In this document: in pieces, positions 8,098-17,553 of the stretch
How the letters are laid out: each line of letters starts with the position of its first letter
How positions within the stretch are numbered: position 1 is the stretch's first letter
Virus record (IMG/VR): IMGVR_UViG_2974594478_000001
Coordinates: 1-64,000 of that record
Strand: one strand, 5' to 3'
DNA length: 64,000 nt
From: a virus
Taxonomy: Duplodnaviria; Caudoviricetes
Translations under genes and position numbers: made by a program
Notes under the pieces: generated by a model
Seen by the model: only the letters and a program-made list of their open reading frames with translations
Database searches by the model: none
What the model was told of the DNA's origin: nothing

Positions 8098-8472
8098 ATG
8101 ATATTCGTATTTGGCTCCAATCTCCGTGGTCTACATGGAGCAGGAGCAGCTAAATTCGCTCATAAGAAGCATGGTGCTATTATGGGTAAGGGAATTGGTA
8201 GAGCAGGCAACAGCTATGCTATCCCCACCAAAGACTTCAATATTAAGACACTTCCTATAGAGGATGTCATGGATCATGTGCAACGCTTTATCATACATGC
8301 TCGTTACTCCAAGGACATATTCCAAGTCACACGAATCGGATGTGGATTGGCAGGCTTTCGAGACGAGGATATCGCTCCTCTATTTAAGGGAGCATCTCCT
8401 AACTGTCATTTCGATGAAGCATGGAAACCCTTCCTCGGTGACGGTTACAAATACTGGGGACACGTAGATTAA
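8098..8472 (+). CDS. N4 gp14-like macrodomain-type protein
   Basis: IFVFGSNLRGLHGAGAA...SYAIPTK...FQVTRIGCGLAG. Confidence 0.8.
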   Translation: MIFVFGSNLRGLHGAGAAKFAHKKHGAIMGKGIGRAGNSYAIPTKDFNIKTLPIEDVMDHVQRFIIHARYSKDIFQVTRIGCGLAGFRDEDIAPLFKGASPNCHFDEAWKPFLGDGYKYWGHVD

Positions 8473-8484
8473 GGAGACAAATCA

Positions 8485-8991
8485 ATGCCAGAAGTCAGTA
8501 TTACCCTTGGTAAAGGCTCAGCCATCACATTGATGGAACATGAGACTATCCACATCACTTCCGAGTCTCGCGGGCAAAGAGAGATGTCAATCTTTCTATG
8601 TAATGCCACGAAACAAGGCATATCAAATGTCCAGAAGTATCTTGAACAGATGAAGGTCTTCGTACCTGATGAGTAAGGAATTCTATCGAGGACTGGCTAT
8701 CGCAACCTTCGTAATGGCAGTAACCTACATAGGTCTCTACCTGCTATTCATATGAGGTATGTTATGAAATTCCGTAAACTAGCTCTCCCAGATAGAACCA
8801 TTATCTCAATTGGGAAATTCAAAGCTGTATATGAGAATGAAAACCCAGATTATGGGTATGTTCTCTATCAGAATGATGAACCATTCCTTGGAGGAATATG
8901 TTCGGAACAAGAAGCTATGAGTGCATTGAGTCAATATCATATGGAGAGTGACCCGAGGCTAACTCATCATGGAATACCCATCATCAACTAA
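8485..8991 (+). CDS. Hypothetical ORFs (8485-8676, a 28-aa hydrophobic peptide, 8752-8991)
   Basis: Track ORFs plus the intervening MSKEFYRGLAIATFVMAVTYIGLYLLFI. Confidence 0.5.
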
Positions 8992-9016
8992 TAGACTTCA
9001 CAATCTGAACCAGTAG

Positions 9017-9045
9017 GAACCAAGGAGAGAGATCTACCTTGGTTC
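9017..9045. promoter_or_regulatory. Perfect 9-bp hairpin in the RNAP1 leader
   Basis: GAACCAAGG-agagagatcta-CCTTGGTTC. Confidence 0.6.
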
Positions 9046-9066
9046 TTTCATTTTAGGAGACCTTAA

Positions 9067-9876
9067 ATGGATAAGATTGCTTATCAGAAAGAGATGGAGA
9101 AGCTCTTTCATAAGAACCAACTGATCCCAAGGATCAAGAAAGAGTTCACTGACTGTAAGGAGATGAACTTCTCAGTCTATATGAAGGCTAAAGAAATCAA
9201 TGAAGACTTCGGTTATGATCTGCTTGTACAGATGGTTCTCCATAAGAGAGTCAAGCTCGCTGTAATAGTAGGCATATTACGTCGTCACTTCATGGACTCT
9301 CAAGCTACTGTAGATGAACTTCATAAGGCAGCAGAAGCCAATCTAGTGGATTGGAATCCTGTTACCGAACAGTTCATTCTCAGAATCAATATCTCTCCTG
9401 ATGTTCAGGAAGAGTTGGATCGGTATCAATACCCACTTCCTATGATCGTTGAACCAAGAGAACTGATCACTAATCATGATTCAGCTTATCTCACTGGTTC
9501 AGGATCTGTGATTCTCAAACAGAACCATCATGAAGATGATGTTTGTCTTGATCATCTTAACAGAGTGAATGCAGTCAAGTTCAAGATCAACCATATCACT
9601 GCCACTATGATTCAGAATCAGTGGAAGGGATTGGACAAACCCAAGGAAGATGAGGAGTTCAAGGATTATCAACGTCGAGTCAAGCAATTCGAGAAGTATG
9701 ATCGAACTGCTAAGGACGTAATGACTCATCTAGAGATAGCAGACAATGAATTCTATCTCACACATAAGTACGACAAGAGGGGGAGAATCTATTGCCAAGG
9801 CTATCATGTGAACTACCAAGGCACACCTTGGAATAAGAGCGTCATTGAATTCGCTGAAGGAGAGATCGTTCTATGA
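9067..9876 (+). CDS. RNA polymerase II subunit 1 (N4 gp15-like)
   Basis: 269 aa; YPLPM, HKYDKRGRIYCQGYHVNYQG (T7-type DxRGRxY motif). Confidence 0.93.
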   Translation: MDKIAYQKEMEKLFHKNQLIPRIKKEFTDCKEMNFSVYMKAKEINEDFGYDLLVQMVLHKRVKLAVIVGILRRHFMDSQATVDELHKAAEANLVDWNPVTEQFILRINISPDVQEELDRYQYPLPMIVEPRELITNHDSAYLTGSGSVILKQNHHEDDVCLDHLNRVNAVKFKINHITATMIQNQWKGLDKPKEDEEFKDYQRRVKQFEKYDRTAKDVMTHLEIADNEFYLTHKYDKRGRIYCQGYHVNYQGTPWNKSVIEFAEGEIVL

Positions 9877-10821
9877 CAGTAGGTGAACTTATTAAACAGC
9901 TACAACATTTCCCTCCTGATCTCATCGTTCGTGATGAGAACACAGGCTATCAAATAGCTAAGCTCACATGTGAGAAACCAGAATTCGAAATAAAGAAAGT
10001 CGTGTTTCTCCACATGGACTGGCAAGGAAATAAGGAGAAGTAGCTCAATGAAGAAGATCATCATTCAAGGAGCTATACCAACAAACACTCTTCACATGCT
10101 TAAACAGGAAGTCCCATCAGATATGGATATCATCGTTATAGATGAGCATCAAATAGCTAATCCTAACTACTATCTGATTGATTCGTCAGGTCTGATTGGG
10201 GTTAGAAATCCTGAACCAAAGGCAGATAGTGATGTTCGTAAGAAGAGACGTAAGGACTTCTGGAACGATCTTCCTAAACCCAAGAGGAGAAAAAGATGAG
10301 TCTGAAGAGTGATCGAGCTTGGAGACACAACGGACTAATAGGTTGTGCTCATCTAACTAAGAAGAATCTCGATTGGATCATGAACACCAATACCACAACA
10401 CAGGAAGCTAAGAACATAGCTTATGAGATGTATGTTCTGAATGAGAAGCTTATTAAAGCTCTCAAGACAAGGGTAGATTCATGAAGATCACATATCTTAA
10501 GCTTGAAGTCCATACTGAGTTGATTCCTAGCGACAGCGACCTGAAGGACATCATATATGCACTTCAAACTAAAGTAAAAGAATCTGAATTTATTGATGGA
10601 CCTAAAGGGAACATTATTCAGAGAGTCTTTGTAAAGGAGATGCACCAATGAAAACATTCAAATCATCAGTCCTTCTAAGACGCATCGATAAGCTTGAAAA
10701 AGCTGCCATCGAAAGATCTTGGAAAGGATCCAAACCACCAGAAGATCATGAAAAGATTGAGCAAGACTACAAGAAAGCTCGTCTAGACTTGATCAGTTAT
10801 GTGATCGAACACGTACTGTAA
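9873..10821 (+). CDS. Five small ORFs between the RNAP II subunit genes (9873-10043, 10048-10299, 10296-10484, 10481-10651, 10648-10821)
   Basis: Mostly chained ATGA overlaps; three are under 60 aa and absent from the track. Confidence 0.6.
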
Positions 10822-10853
10822 TACGCACACACACACTACGCAGGAGACCAAAC

Positions 10854-12062
10854 ATGCTTCAACAGTTCACTGGTAAAGAGTACCTAGGTATCGACATCGC
10901 CAATAACTTTGGCTTGGATAAGCTGAATTGGGATGATCGTCTAGGATGGTTCGAGTCTAATGAATCCCAGCTTGATTCCCTCATTAAGCAAGCTGATGAA
11001 CCTGCACTCTTCTTTGCTGGTGTCCAAGCATGGAAGAAGGCAAAGAGAGGGGAATCAATAACATATCCCATCTCACTGGATGCAACCTGCTCAGGTATCC
11101 AGATTCTAGCTGCTCTCACTGGAGATAGGAAAGCAGCACAACTTTGTAATGTTGTGGACACTGGTAAGCGTGAGGATGCGTATAAATCCATCTATCTGGA
11201 TATGGTCGAGAAGGCTGGAGATACTGCTAAGATCGACCGAAAACAAACAAAACGGGCCATAATGACCTCGTTTTATGGAAGTACAGCCCAACCAAAGAAT
11301 GTCTTTGGTGAAGGTCTTCTACTCGATATCTTCTACGAGACGATGAAGGAACAAGCTCCCGGAGCTTGGGAACTCAATGAGACCATGCTGGCTCTCTGGA
11401 ATCCAGAAGCCTATTCCAATGACTGGATTCTTCCAGACAACTTCCATGTCCATGTGAAGGTGATGAACACCAAGAAGGAGAATGTTCATTTCCTCAACAA
11501 GCCTTACGAGGTGAGTTACACAGTTAATGAACCAATGGAAGGTGGAAGAAGCCTTGGAGCTAATATGACTCACTCTGTCGATGGCATGATCGTCAGGGAA
11601 ATGACTCGTCGTTGCATGTATGATCCAAAGAGAATTATGTATGCACTGATGGTCATTGAAGGGAAAACCAAGCTTTATGATGCAACTACCAGAGTTCAAG
11701 ACCATGAAATGGTTGAGCTTCTCTGGAATCACTATCAGAAGAGTGGATTCCTATCTGCTCGTATTCTGGATCATATCAACCCCATCAACATGTTCTTAGT
11801 AGATCGAGTTGAGATCTTTGATCTTATCAACTCACTGCCTAAGAAACCTTTCAACCTGATCAGCATCCATGATTGCTTCAGGTGCCTACCCAACTATGGT
11901 AATGACCTTCGCAAGCAGTACAATCTGCTTCTCTCTCAAATCGCCAAGAGTGACCTTCTGTCTTACCTCATCTCTCAGATCATCCATCGTGATGTGAAGA
12001 TTGGTAAGCTGGATGATAATCTCTGGAAAGACATCTTGGAGACCAACTATGCGCTATCCTAA
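10854..12062 (+). CDS. RNA polymerase II subunit 2 (N4 gp16-like)
   Basis: LDATCSGIQ (motif A), RKQTKRAIMTSFYGS (motif B), NMTHSVDG, SIHDCF (motif C). Confidence 0.95.
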   Translation: MLQQFTGKEYLGIDIANNFGLDKLNWDDRLGWFESNESQLDSLIKQADEPALFFAGVQAWKKAKRGESITYPISLDATCSGIQILAALTGDRKAAQLCNVVDTGKREDAYKSIYLDMVEKAGDTAKIDRKQTKRAIMTSFYGSTAQPKNVFGEGLLLDIFYETMKEQAPGAWELNETMLALWNPEAYSNDWILPDNFHVHVKVMNTKKENVHFLNKPYEVSYTVNEPMEGGRSLGANMTHSVDGMIVREMTRRCMYDPKRIMYALMVIEGKTKLYDATTRVQDHEMVELLWNHYQKSGFLSARILDHINPINMFLVDRVEIFDLINSLPKKPFNLISIHDCFRCLPNYGNDLRKQYNLLLSQIAKSDLLSYLISQIIHRDVKIGKLDDNLWKDILETNYALS

Positions 12063-12438
12063 AGGCAAATCTCACATTATCCATGAATATGCTGAAGCTC
12101 TCGGCATTCCTGTTGTCGATATTCCTCTTTCCAAATTAGAAGAAGAATATGAAGACCAACTCCCTGAATGGGCGCAGAGGAAAGCTAACCGGGAAGAGCT
12201 TCAGATCTTCCAACAACTCGTCACTCTGAATCCTAAAGCCAGAGGCAATGCCACCATCCTGAAAATCAAGTACCTCTTCAGGTATACAGAGGTACAATTT
12301 ATTGTCGGTACAGATGCTGGTAACATCATGAAGCTCACACTTAATGAACTCTTGCTTATGTATGAACCGGGGGATTATATCCTTAAAGGTTTCCCTAATC
12401 CCAAGCTTTATGAAAAACTTGAGGAGATGAACGAATGA
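12049..12438 (+). CDS. Hypothetical protein
   Basis: ATG 12049 overlaps the end of RNAP2, in frame with track ORF 12001-12438. Confidence 0.5.
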   Translation: MRYPKGKSHIIHEYAEALGIPVVDIPLSKLEEEYEDQLPEWAQRKANREELQIFQQLVTLNPKARGNATILKIKYLFRYTEVQFIVGTDAGNIMKLTLNELLLMYEPGDYILKGFPNPKLYEKLEEMNE

Positions 12439-12457
12439 TTGAATCTAAGTAGTCAAT

Positions 12458-12496
12458 ACCCTCTATGTCCTTCGGGATGTAGAGGGTTTATTTTTT
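12458..12496 (+). terminator. Rho-independent terminator (UUCG loop)
   Basis: ACCCTCTATGTCC-TTCG-GGATGTAGAGGGT then TTATTTTTT. Confidence 0.9.
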
Positions 12497-12561
12497 CCTG
12501 TATAACCTGTAGTTTCCTCTTGTTTTAAAACACATTGGTTCGAACCAAAGAAGGAACTACA

Positions 12562-13053
12562 ATGCCTACATTTCAAGTCGCATGGAATCCAACCACTAGA
12601 GTAGCTAAGATCCAGAAGGATGGTGCTGCTCCCGGTGCTGGATTCACTGATATTGGTGCCTTTGATCACGTTGATGATCCAGATGATCAGCTTGGTGTGG
12701 ATGAGAACCATGTGTTCTATCATCACGTCAGGGATCTGCTTTACAAGGCTACCCCAAGTGTCCAGAACATGCAGGATCTTCAGATCACTATGGTCTATGT
12801 CACTGGTGTATCCGTTGCTCCTGCTGGTCCTGTAGCTCTTGCTAACAGTGCTACCCAACAGCTTACACCAACTGTAGCTCCTGCTGATGCAGCCAATACA
12901 GATGTGCTCTATGAATCCAGCGATACAGATATCGCTACGGTCAGTGCCTCTGGTCTGGTAACAGCACATGCTACCAATGATGGTTCTGCTACCATCACGG
13001 TTACGACCAAGGATGGTGGGTTCAAGGACACTGTTATCATCAACGTCGCCTAA
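12562..13053 (+). CDS. Ig-like (Big_2) capsid decoration protein, N4 gp17-like
   Basis: C-terminal QLTPTVAPADAANTDVLYESSDTDIATVSASGLVTA...ATITVTTKDGG; located after RNAP2. Confidence 0.8.
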   Translation: MPTFQVAWNPTTRVAKIQKDGAAPGAGFTDIGAFDHVDDPDDQLGVDENHVFYHHVRDLLYKATPSVQNMQDLQITMVYVTGVSVAPAGPVALANSATQQLTPTVAPADAANTDVLYESSDTDIATVSASGLVTAHATNDGSATITVTTKDGGFKDTVIINVA

Positions 13054-13083
13054 CAATTTCCCCCAACATATCCTCACTTTTTT

Positions 13084-13115
13084 AGCCTCTCCCTCTTCTG
13101 GGAGGGGCTTTTTTC
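13084..13115 (+). terminator. Rho-independent terminator
   Basis: AGCCTCTCCC-tcttct-GGGAGGGGCT then TTTTT. Confidence 0.85.
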
Positions 13116-13138
13116 TTGTACAGCTAAAAGCAAGCCTT

Positions 13139-13310
13139 TCCTTGGTTCAGCAAGAATGAGCCAACTAACCAAGCATAGCTGGGTCGATAAAGGCGTAGCT
13201 CCAAGTTGATGGTTTAGATCCATTCACCTTTGTAGGTGCTTCGTGAGAGCGTTACAGGCAAGGCAGTCGTACAGACGACAAATGGTTAGTTCCAAATTCA
13301 GAGCCAAGGA
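13139..13310 (+). ncRNA. Candidate structured RNA/leader, family unknown
   Basis: Nested long-range stems 13139-13148/13301-13310, 13154-13157/13296-13299 and 13163-13171/13283-13291 enclose several hairpins; non-coding gap. Confidence 0.5.
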
Positions 13311-13319
13311 GAGGCTACT

Positions 13320-13568
13320 ATGGCAAGCAAGCTTGATGAGACAGAAGTCACTTTGTCCCAAACGATAGCACTCTATCGCGTCTATAACCGCAATGAACTC
13401 TATCTTTATGCAGATGGTTTCCCTCGCAGGGAACCCCAGAGTGAACAACAGAGAAGACTTACATTCTCTGAATTCTGTGAACTGGTTCAGATAGGTTCTG
13501 ACTGCATCATGGTCCCTTGGAATGGGATATGGTTGGGGATTGAAAAAGATGGATACACCCACTCCTGA
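13320..13568 (+). CDS. Conserved phage hypothetical protein
   Basis: C-terminal VPWNGIWLGIEKDGYTHS motif; AAGGAG RBS. Confidence 0.65.
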   Translation: MASKLDETEVTLSQTIALYRVYNRNELYLYADGFPRREPQSEQQRRLTFSEFCELVQIGSDCIMVPWNGIWLGIEKDGYTHS

Positions 13569-13694
13569 AATGATCATTAAGATCACTCCCAATCCAGCTT
13601 GGTCATTCCTCGATATCATAATTGAGGAACAAGCTGCTTATTACGGGCAACGTAACGCACACATCATCGACTATCTAAGAACCAGGGTAAAGAA

Positions 13695-14777
13695 ATGAGC
13701 ACCGTTCACGCATATAAAACCACTCCTCGCCAAGCTACCGAATTCATCATTGATTGCTTTGAAAGTCCCAAGCGCAATGTTGCTTTTCTTCAGGGACCAC
13801 CCGGAATTGGAAAGTCAGCAATCGTTCATGCAATTGCTGAGAATGCCAATCTGGAATTGATTGACCATCGTGTCTCAACATCCACTCCAGAAGACTTTTC
13901 TGGTCTACCAGATATGCATGGTCCTAAAGCAGTCTTCAAACCTTATGACGTATTCCCTGTAGAGGGAGATCCACTTCCTAAAGGGAAGAATGGTTGGATT
14001 CTCTTTCTGGATGAATTCAACGCTGGTAAGAAGGAAGTTCAAGCTGCTGCCTATAAAACGATTCTTGATCGTTTCGTTGGTCAGAAGAAACTCCATAAGG
14101 ATGTTTATGTTGTTGCTGCTGGTAACAGAGCAATTGACCGAGCTATCGTCAACAGCTTGTCCACTGCTATGCAGTCTCGCCTTATCCATCTAGATGTCGA
14201 ATTGAAGTTCAATGACTTCATGGAAGATGTCGCAATCAAGTATGATTGGGATAGTCGTATTATTGGCTACCTCAGTTACAAAGAAGACAAATTGATGGAC
14301 TTCAGGCCTGATCATCAGGACAAGACATTCTGTTGCCCTCGTACTTGGGACTTCATGAATGGCTTCCTCAAAGGCAAGACCTTTGAATATAAGAAGCTTC
14401 CTGATGGGACTTGGTACTATGGAATGGAGCAGAAAGCTCCTCTCTATGCAGGAACCATCACTTCTGGTGTTGCAGTGGATTTCATTCAGTTCACCAAGGT
14501 AGGACAGAATATGCCTACCATCAAACAGATCATTAATGATCCAAAGGGAACTCCTGTTCCTCAAGAACCAGAGATCCAGTGGTGTACTATTACCCACTGC
14601 ATGGAAAACACCAAGAATGATGACACCTTTGAGAAGATCACTGATTACATCAATCGTTATGATGCAAACTTTAGGACTCTCTATTTCCGGTCACTTTTTG
14701 TTCGTCAACCCGCACTTCGTCACCATCCTGTAGTGGCGAAAGCTGCCTTGGAACTTCAGAAGTACCTAAATGGTTAA
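13695..14777 (+). CDS. MoxR-like AAA+ ATPase (N4 gp24-like)
   Basis: Walker A GPPGIGKS, Walker B LFLDEFN, AAGNR, arginine finger in STAMQSRL. Confidence 0.9.
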   Translation: MSTVHAYKTTPRQATEFIIDCFESPKRNVAFLQGPPGIGKSAIVHAIAENANLELIDHRVSTSTPEDFSGLPDMHGPKAVFKPYDVFPVEGDPLPKGKNGWILFLDEFNAGKKEVQAAAYKTILDRFVGQKKLHKDVYVVAAGNRAIDRAIVNSLSTAMQSRLIHLDVELKFNDFMEDVAIKYDWDSRIIGYLSYKEDKLMDFRPDHQDKTFCCPRTWDFMNGFLKGKTFEYKKLPDGTWYYGMEQKAPLYAGTITSGVAVDFIQFTKVGQNMPTIKQIINDPKGTPVPQEPEIQWCTITHCMENTKNDDTFEKITDYINRYDANFRTLYFRSLFVRQPALRHHPVVAKAALELQKYLNG

Positions 14778-15945
14778 ACCCACTCCACTACTCAAAGCTG
14801 ATGATCTTGATTTCCAGTTTCTGCATAAGGAACTGGATATCGTTAAAACCCAAGTCTTCCTAGGGAAGAATGCAGCATTCCTTGGGTCTCTTATGTGCAG
14901 CCTCAATTTCATGTGGTCAACTGATATTGAAACTGCTGCTACCAATGGTGTTGGTCTGTGGTGGAATCCTTACTTCTTTATGAGGATTCCGAGAGCAACC
15001 CGAAAGACAGTCCTTGTCCATGAACTCTGGCATCCTGCTGAACTCGATATGATTCGTCGTGACAACAGGGATCCAGAGGTATGGAACTGGGCCTGTGATA
15101 TCAGGATCAATAATCGTCTCACCAGACAAGGTTACACTTGGGATGACCTTGGTTTCAAACACTGGGAAGATCTCAATTATCCTGAGGGAACTCCTCCTGA
15201 GAAAATCTATGACGATTTCATGCAAAAAATTAAGGAAAATCCTGAACTCAGGATTATCCTTCAATCTTATGAATGGTCAGATATCATAGAACCTGATCCA
15301 TCCATTCCGGGTTCGGATATGGAAGTCATTGGTAAGGTAGTTCAGGCTTCTCAAGCTGCTACTATGGCAGGGGAAGAACTTCCCTCTGATATTGGCACCA
15401 CTCTTACCAAATTCCTCACACCTAAGATTCCGTGGGAATCTCAACTCTATCGTTGGTTCGATGAGATGGTGAATGAGATGTATAGCATGGCTCGCCCTAA
15501 TAGACGCTATACAGCTTTGAACCTCTATATGTCATCGCTTCAACCCGATGAAGGTATAGGTCATCTCGTCTGCTTTCAGGATGTCTCTGGATCAGTTACA
15601 GATGAAGAAGAAATTCGCTTCAATTCTGAATTGAAATATATCTGGGACACTCTTAAACCAGCGAAAATTTCAGTGGTTCAATTCTCCACTGCAATCACCC
15701 AAGTCACTGAATACATTCAGGATAATGGGGATGAATTCGATCAAGTTACTATTGTTGGTCGAGGTGGTACTGATCTGGAACCAGTAAGAGAATGGATACT
15801 GGAACACAAGCCTAGTGCTGTTGTCGTGTTCTCAGATCTTCGCTGTGATCCCATGCAACCGATTGACACTCCTATTCTCTGGGTCTGTATCAACAACCCA
15901 AGAGGTAAAGTCCTGTTTGGAGATGTCATCTACATTAAGGAGTAA
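14770..15945 (+). CDS. Metallopeptidase-like + VWA domain protein (N4 gp25-like)
   Basis: VHELWH (HExxH), MIDAS DVSGS, GRGGTD, FSD. Confidence 0.88.
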   Translation: MVKPTPLLKADDLDFQFLHKELDIVKTQVFLGKNAAFLGSLMCSLNFMWSTDIETAATNGVGLWWNPYFFMRIPRATRKTVLVHELWHPAELDMIRRDNRDPEVWNWACDIRINNRLTRQGYTWDDLGFKHWEDLNYPEGTPPEKIYDDFMQKIKENPELRIILQSYEWSDIIEPDPSIPGSDMEVIGKVVQASQAATMAGEELPSDIGTTLTKFLTPKIPWESQLYRWFDEMVNEMYSMARPNRRYTALNLYMSSLQPDEGIGHLVCFQDVSGSVTDEEEIRFNSELKYIWDTLKPAKISVVQFSTAITQVTEYIQDNGDEFDQVTIVGRGGTDLEPVREWILEHKPSAVVVFSDLRCDPMQPIDTPILWVCINNPRGKVLFGDVIYIKE

Positions 15946-15951
15946 ACTTCA

Positions 15952-16143
15952 ATGAGAGAACTTAAGTTCGTCAATCAGGATGCCACACCTAAGACCGTGG
16001 TTCTTCACGTAGCTACTGAAGCTATCCCCTATATCATGTCTTGGTATGGTGGATTTTTCGCCGGTGATGATTATAAAGTCTTTGTCGATGGAAAAGAAAT
16101 TTCCAAGGACATTAACGGAAATTTAGTTGGAGACACTCCGTGA
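15952..16143 (+). CDS. Hypothetical protein
   Basis: Track ORF; AAGGAG RBS. Confidence 0.6.
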   Translation: MRELKFVNQDATPKTVVLHVATEAIPYIMSWYGGFFAGDDYKVFVDGKEISKDINGNLVGDTP

Positions 16144-16649
16144 CAATTATCAATCGTAATACCCTGTTTCTCATGAAGCCTATCAAGGAGATGAAATCTC
16201 AGAAGATTCAAGAGAATGGGGTTTCTTATGGTCTTGCTGAGGCGGGTTATGATATCCGCCTTAAGCAGGAAATATCTTTCATACCAGATAGTGATGGTGG
16301 ATCTATTCGCATCAATGATGATGGAAAAATCTATTATCGAAACGGAAAGTTCTGCCTCGCTTCAGCTATCGAAGAATTCGATATGCCCAAGGATCTAGTA
16401 GGCGTTGTCCATGACAAGTCTACATGGGCTAGGCAAGGTCTCTCAGTGTTCAACACTGTGATTGAACCGGGATGGAAAGGCTTCCTCACTCTGGAACTTG
16501 TCCATCATGGAAATGAACCTCTTCACCTTCCTGCTGGTTGTGGGATTGCTCAAGTGATCTTTCACCAAGCTCTCAATCTGGCTTCCTATGAAGGCAAGTA
16601 TCAGAACCAAGCAGATCAACCTGTGGAATCAATCTTTGTAGAAAGCTAA
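16140..16649 (+). CDS. dcd: dCTP deaminase (trimeric dUTPase superfamily)
   Basis: AGYDIRL, DKSTWARQGL, NTVIEPGWKGFLTLEL, IAQVIF, YEGKYQNQ. Confidence 0.88.
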   Translation: MTIINRNTLFLMKPIKEMKSQKIQENGVSYGLAEAGYDIRLKQEISFIPDSDGGSIRINDDGKIYYRNGKFCLASAIEEFDMPKDLVGVVHDKSTWARQGLSVFNTVIEPGWKGFLTLELVHHGNEPLHLPAGCGIAQVIFHQALNLASYEGKYQNQADQPVESIFVES

Positions 16650-16652
16650 ACT

Positions 16653-17105
16653 ATGGCAGATGATCTTGGCGTCTATTACCGCTATTACGATGAGCTTTCT
16701 GCTGGTGGTTATTACGGTGTAGATGGAATACCAAGACCACCATCAGTCAAGATAAAGCTTGAAGAATTCAAGATAACAAAAAAGACCCCGAAAGGGGTCT
16801 ATATTTCTCGTGTTCGATACATTCATGATCACTATGAGAATGAGCAATTAATCTTGGATCATTGGTCCAAGAAATATGCCTACCCTACCAAGGAGGAAGC
16901 TCAGAAGGATTTTCTTAGGAGAAAGAGAAACCAACTGGCTATTCATGAAGAACGTGCTCTTAGAGCACGAGAGGCTTACAATACAGCCTGCTTTGAGTTC
17001 AAACAGGAATCAGAGATTCCAAGAACTGCTGAACTTCAACAAGTTTATGGTAAAGATATTTTGTTCGATCTTTCTAAAGATCTGGACGATGACGTACCCT
17101 ATTGA
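16653..17105 (+). CDS. Hypothetical protein
   Basis: Track ORF; KKTPKG...YAYPTKEEA pattern. Confidence 0.6.
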   Translation: MADDLGVYYRYYDELSAGGYYGVDGIPRPPSVKIKLEEFKITKKTPKGVYISRVRYIHDHYENEQLILDHWSKKYAYPTKEEAQKDFLRRKRNQLAIHEERALRAREAYNTACFEFKQESEIPRTAELQQVYGKDILFDLSKDLDDDVPY

Positions 17106-17339
17106 GAGAAATCAAATGCAACGAGTTGGACTGAAACGTAATCGAAAGCTTCAACGTGGTGATCGTCTAGGAGATATCGAAGTAGACGAACTAGACTCCT
17201 TTGAGGAGTTCTTGGATTCACGTCCTGAAGGTCTTGAGCTTAACTCCCATCACGGTCGTACATTGGATCTCAAATCCTTTCATGAGTGTTGAAAAAGCAT
17301 TTTAAATAGGTTATGTCCTCTGGACATTCCCCCCAACTT

Positions 17340-17372
17340 AGGCTGATAGTAACCCTATCAGCCTTTTTATTT
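17340..17372 (+). terminator. Rho-independent terminator
   Basis: AGGCTGATAG-taacc-CTATCAGCCT then TTTTATTTT. Confidence 0.85.
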
Positions 17373-17553
17373 TCAGGAGGTTTCGATGAAATCCCAACCC
17401 AAGGAATACTATGAAGAGTGGTGGAATCCACAGACGAACCGATATGAAGAAGTTCCTATGAAAAAGGAACAAGCTCCTAAACGTGGTCCCGGAGACCATG
17501 TGACAGAGAGCAATGATGACATGCAAGTTTACGGTTATTGAGGAACCAAGGAA

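Noticed and set aside
12466-12480. CC-TTC-GG as another vRNAP promoter
   Set aside because: It pairs far better as a C-UUCG-G tetraloop 13-bp stem with a T tract, so it is a terminator. The triloop register gives only 2-3 bp.
13190-13295. tRNA-like start GGCGTAGCTC
   Set aside because: No D-arm closure, anticodon arm, TTC-GA T loop or acceptor pairing. Kept only as part of an unclassified structured RNA.
13695-15945. MoxR AAA + VWA/peptidase pair as a novel system
   Set aside because: Standard conserved N4-like gene pair (gp24/gp25-like)
16876-17115. 138-aa track ORF overlapping 16653-17105
   Set aside because: The 5' part is an alternate-frame overlap. Only the last 58 codons, starting at an ATG shortly after the 17105 stop and downstream of a GAGA element, look like a real gene.
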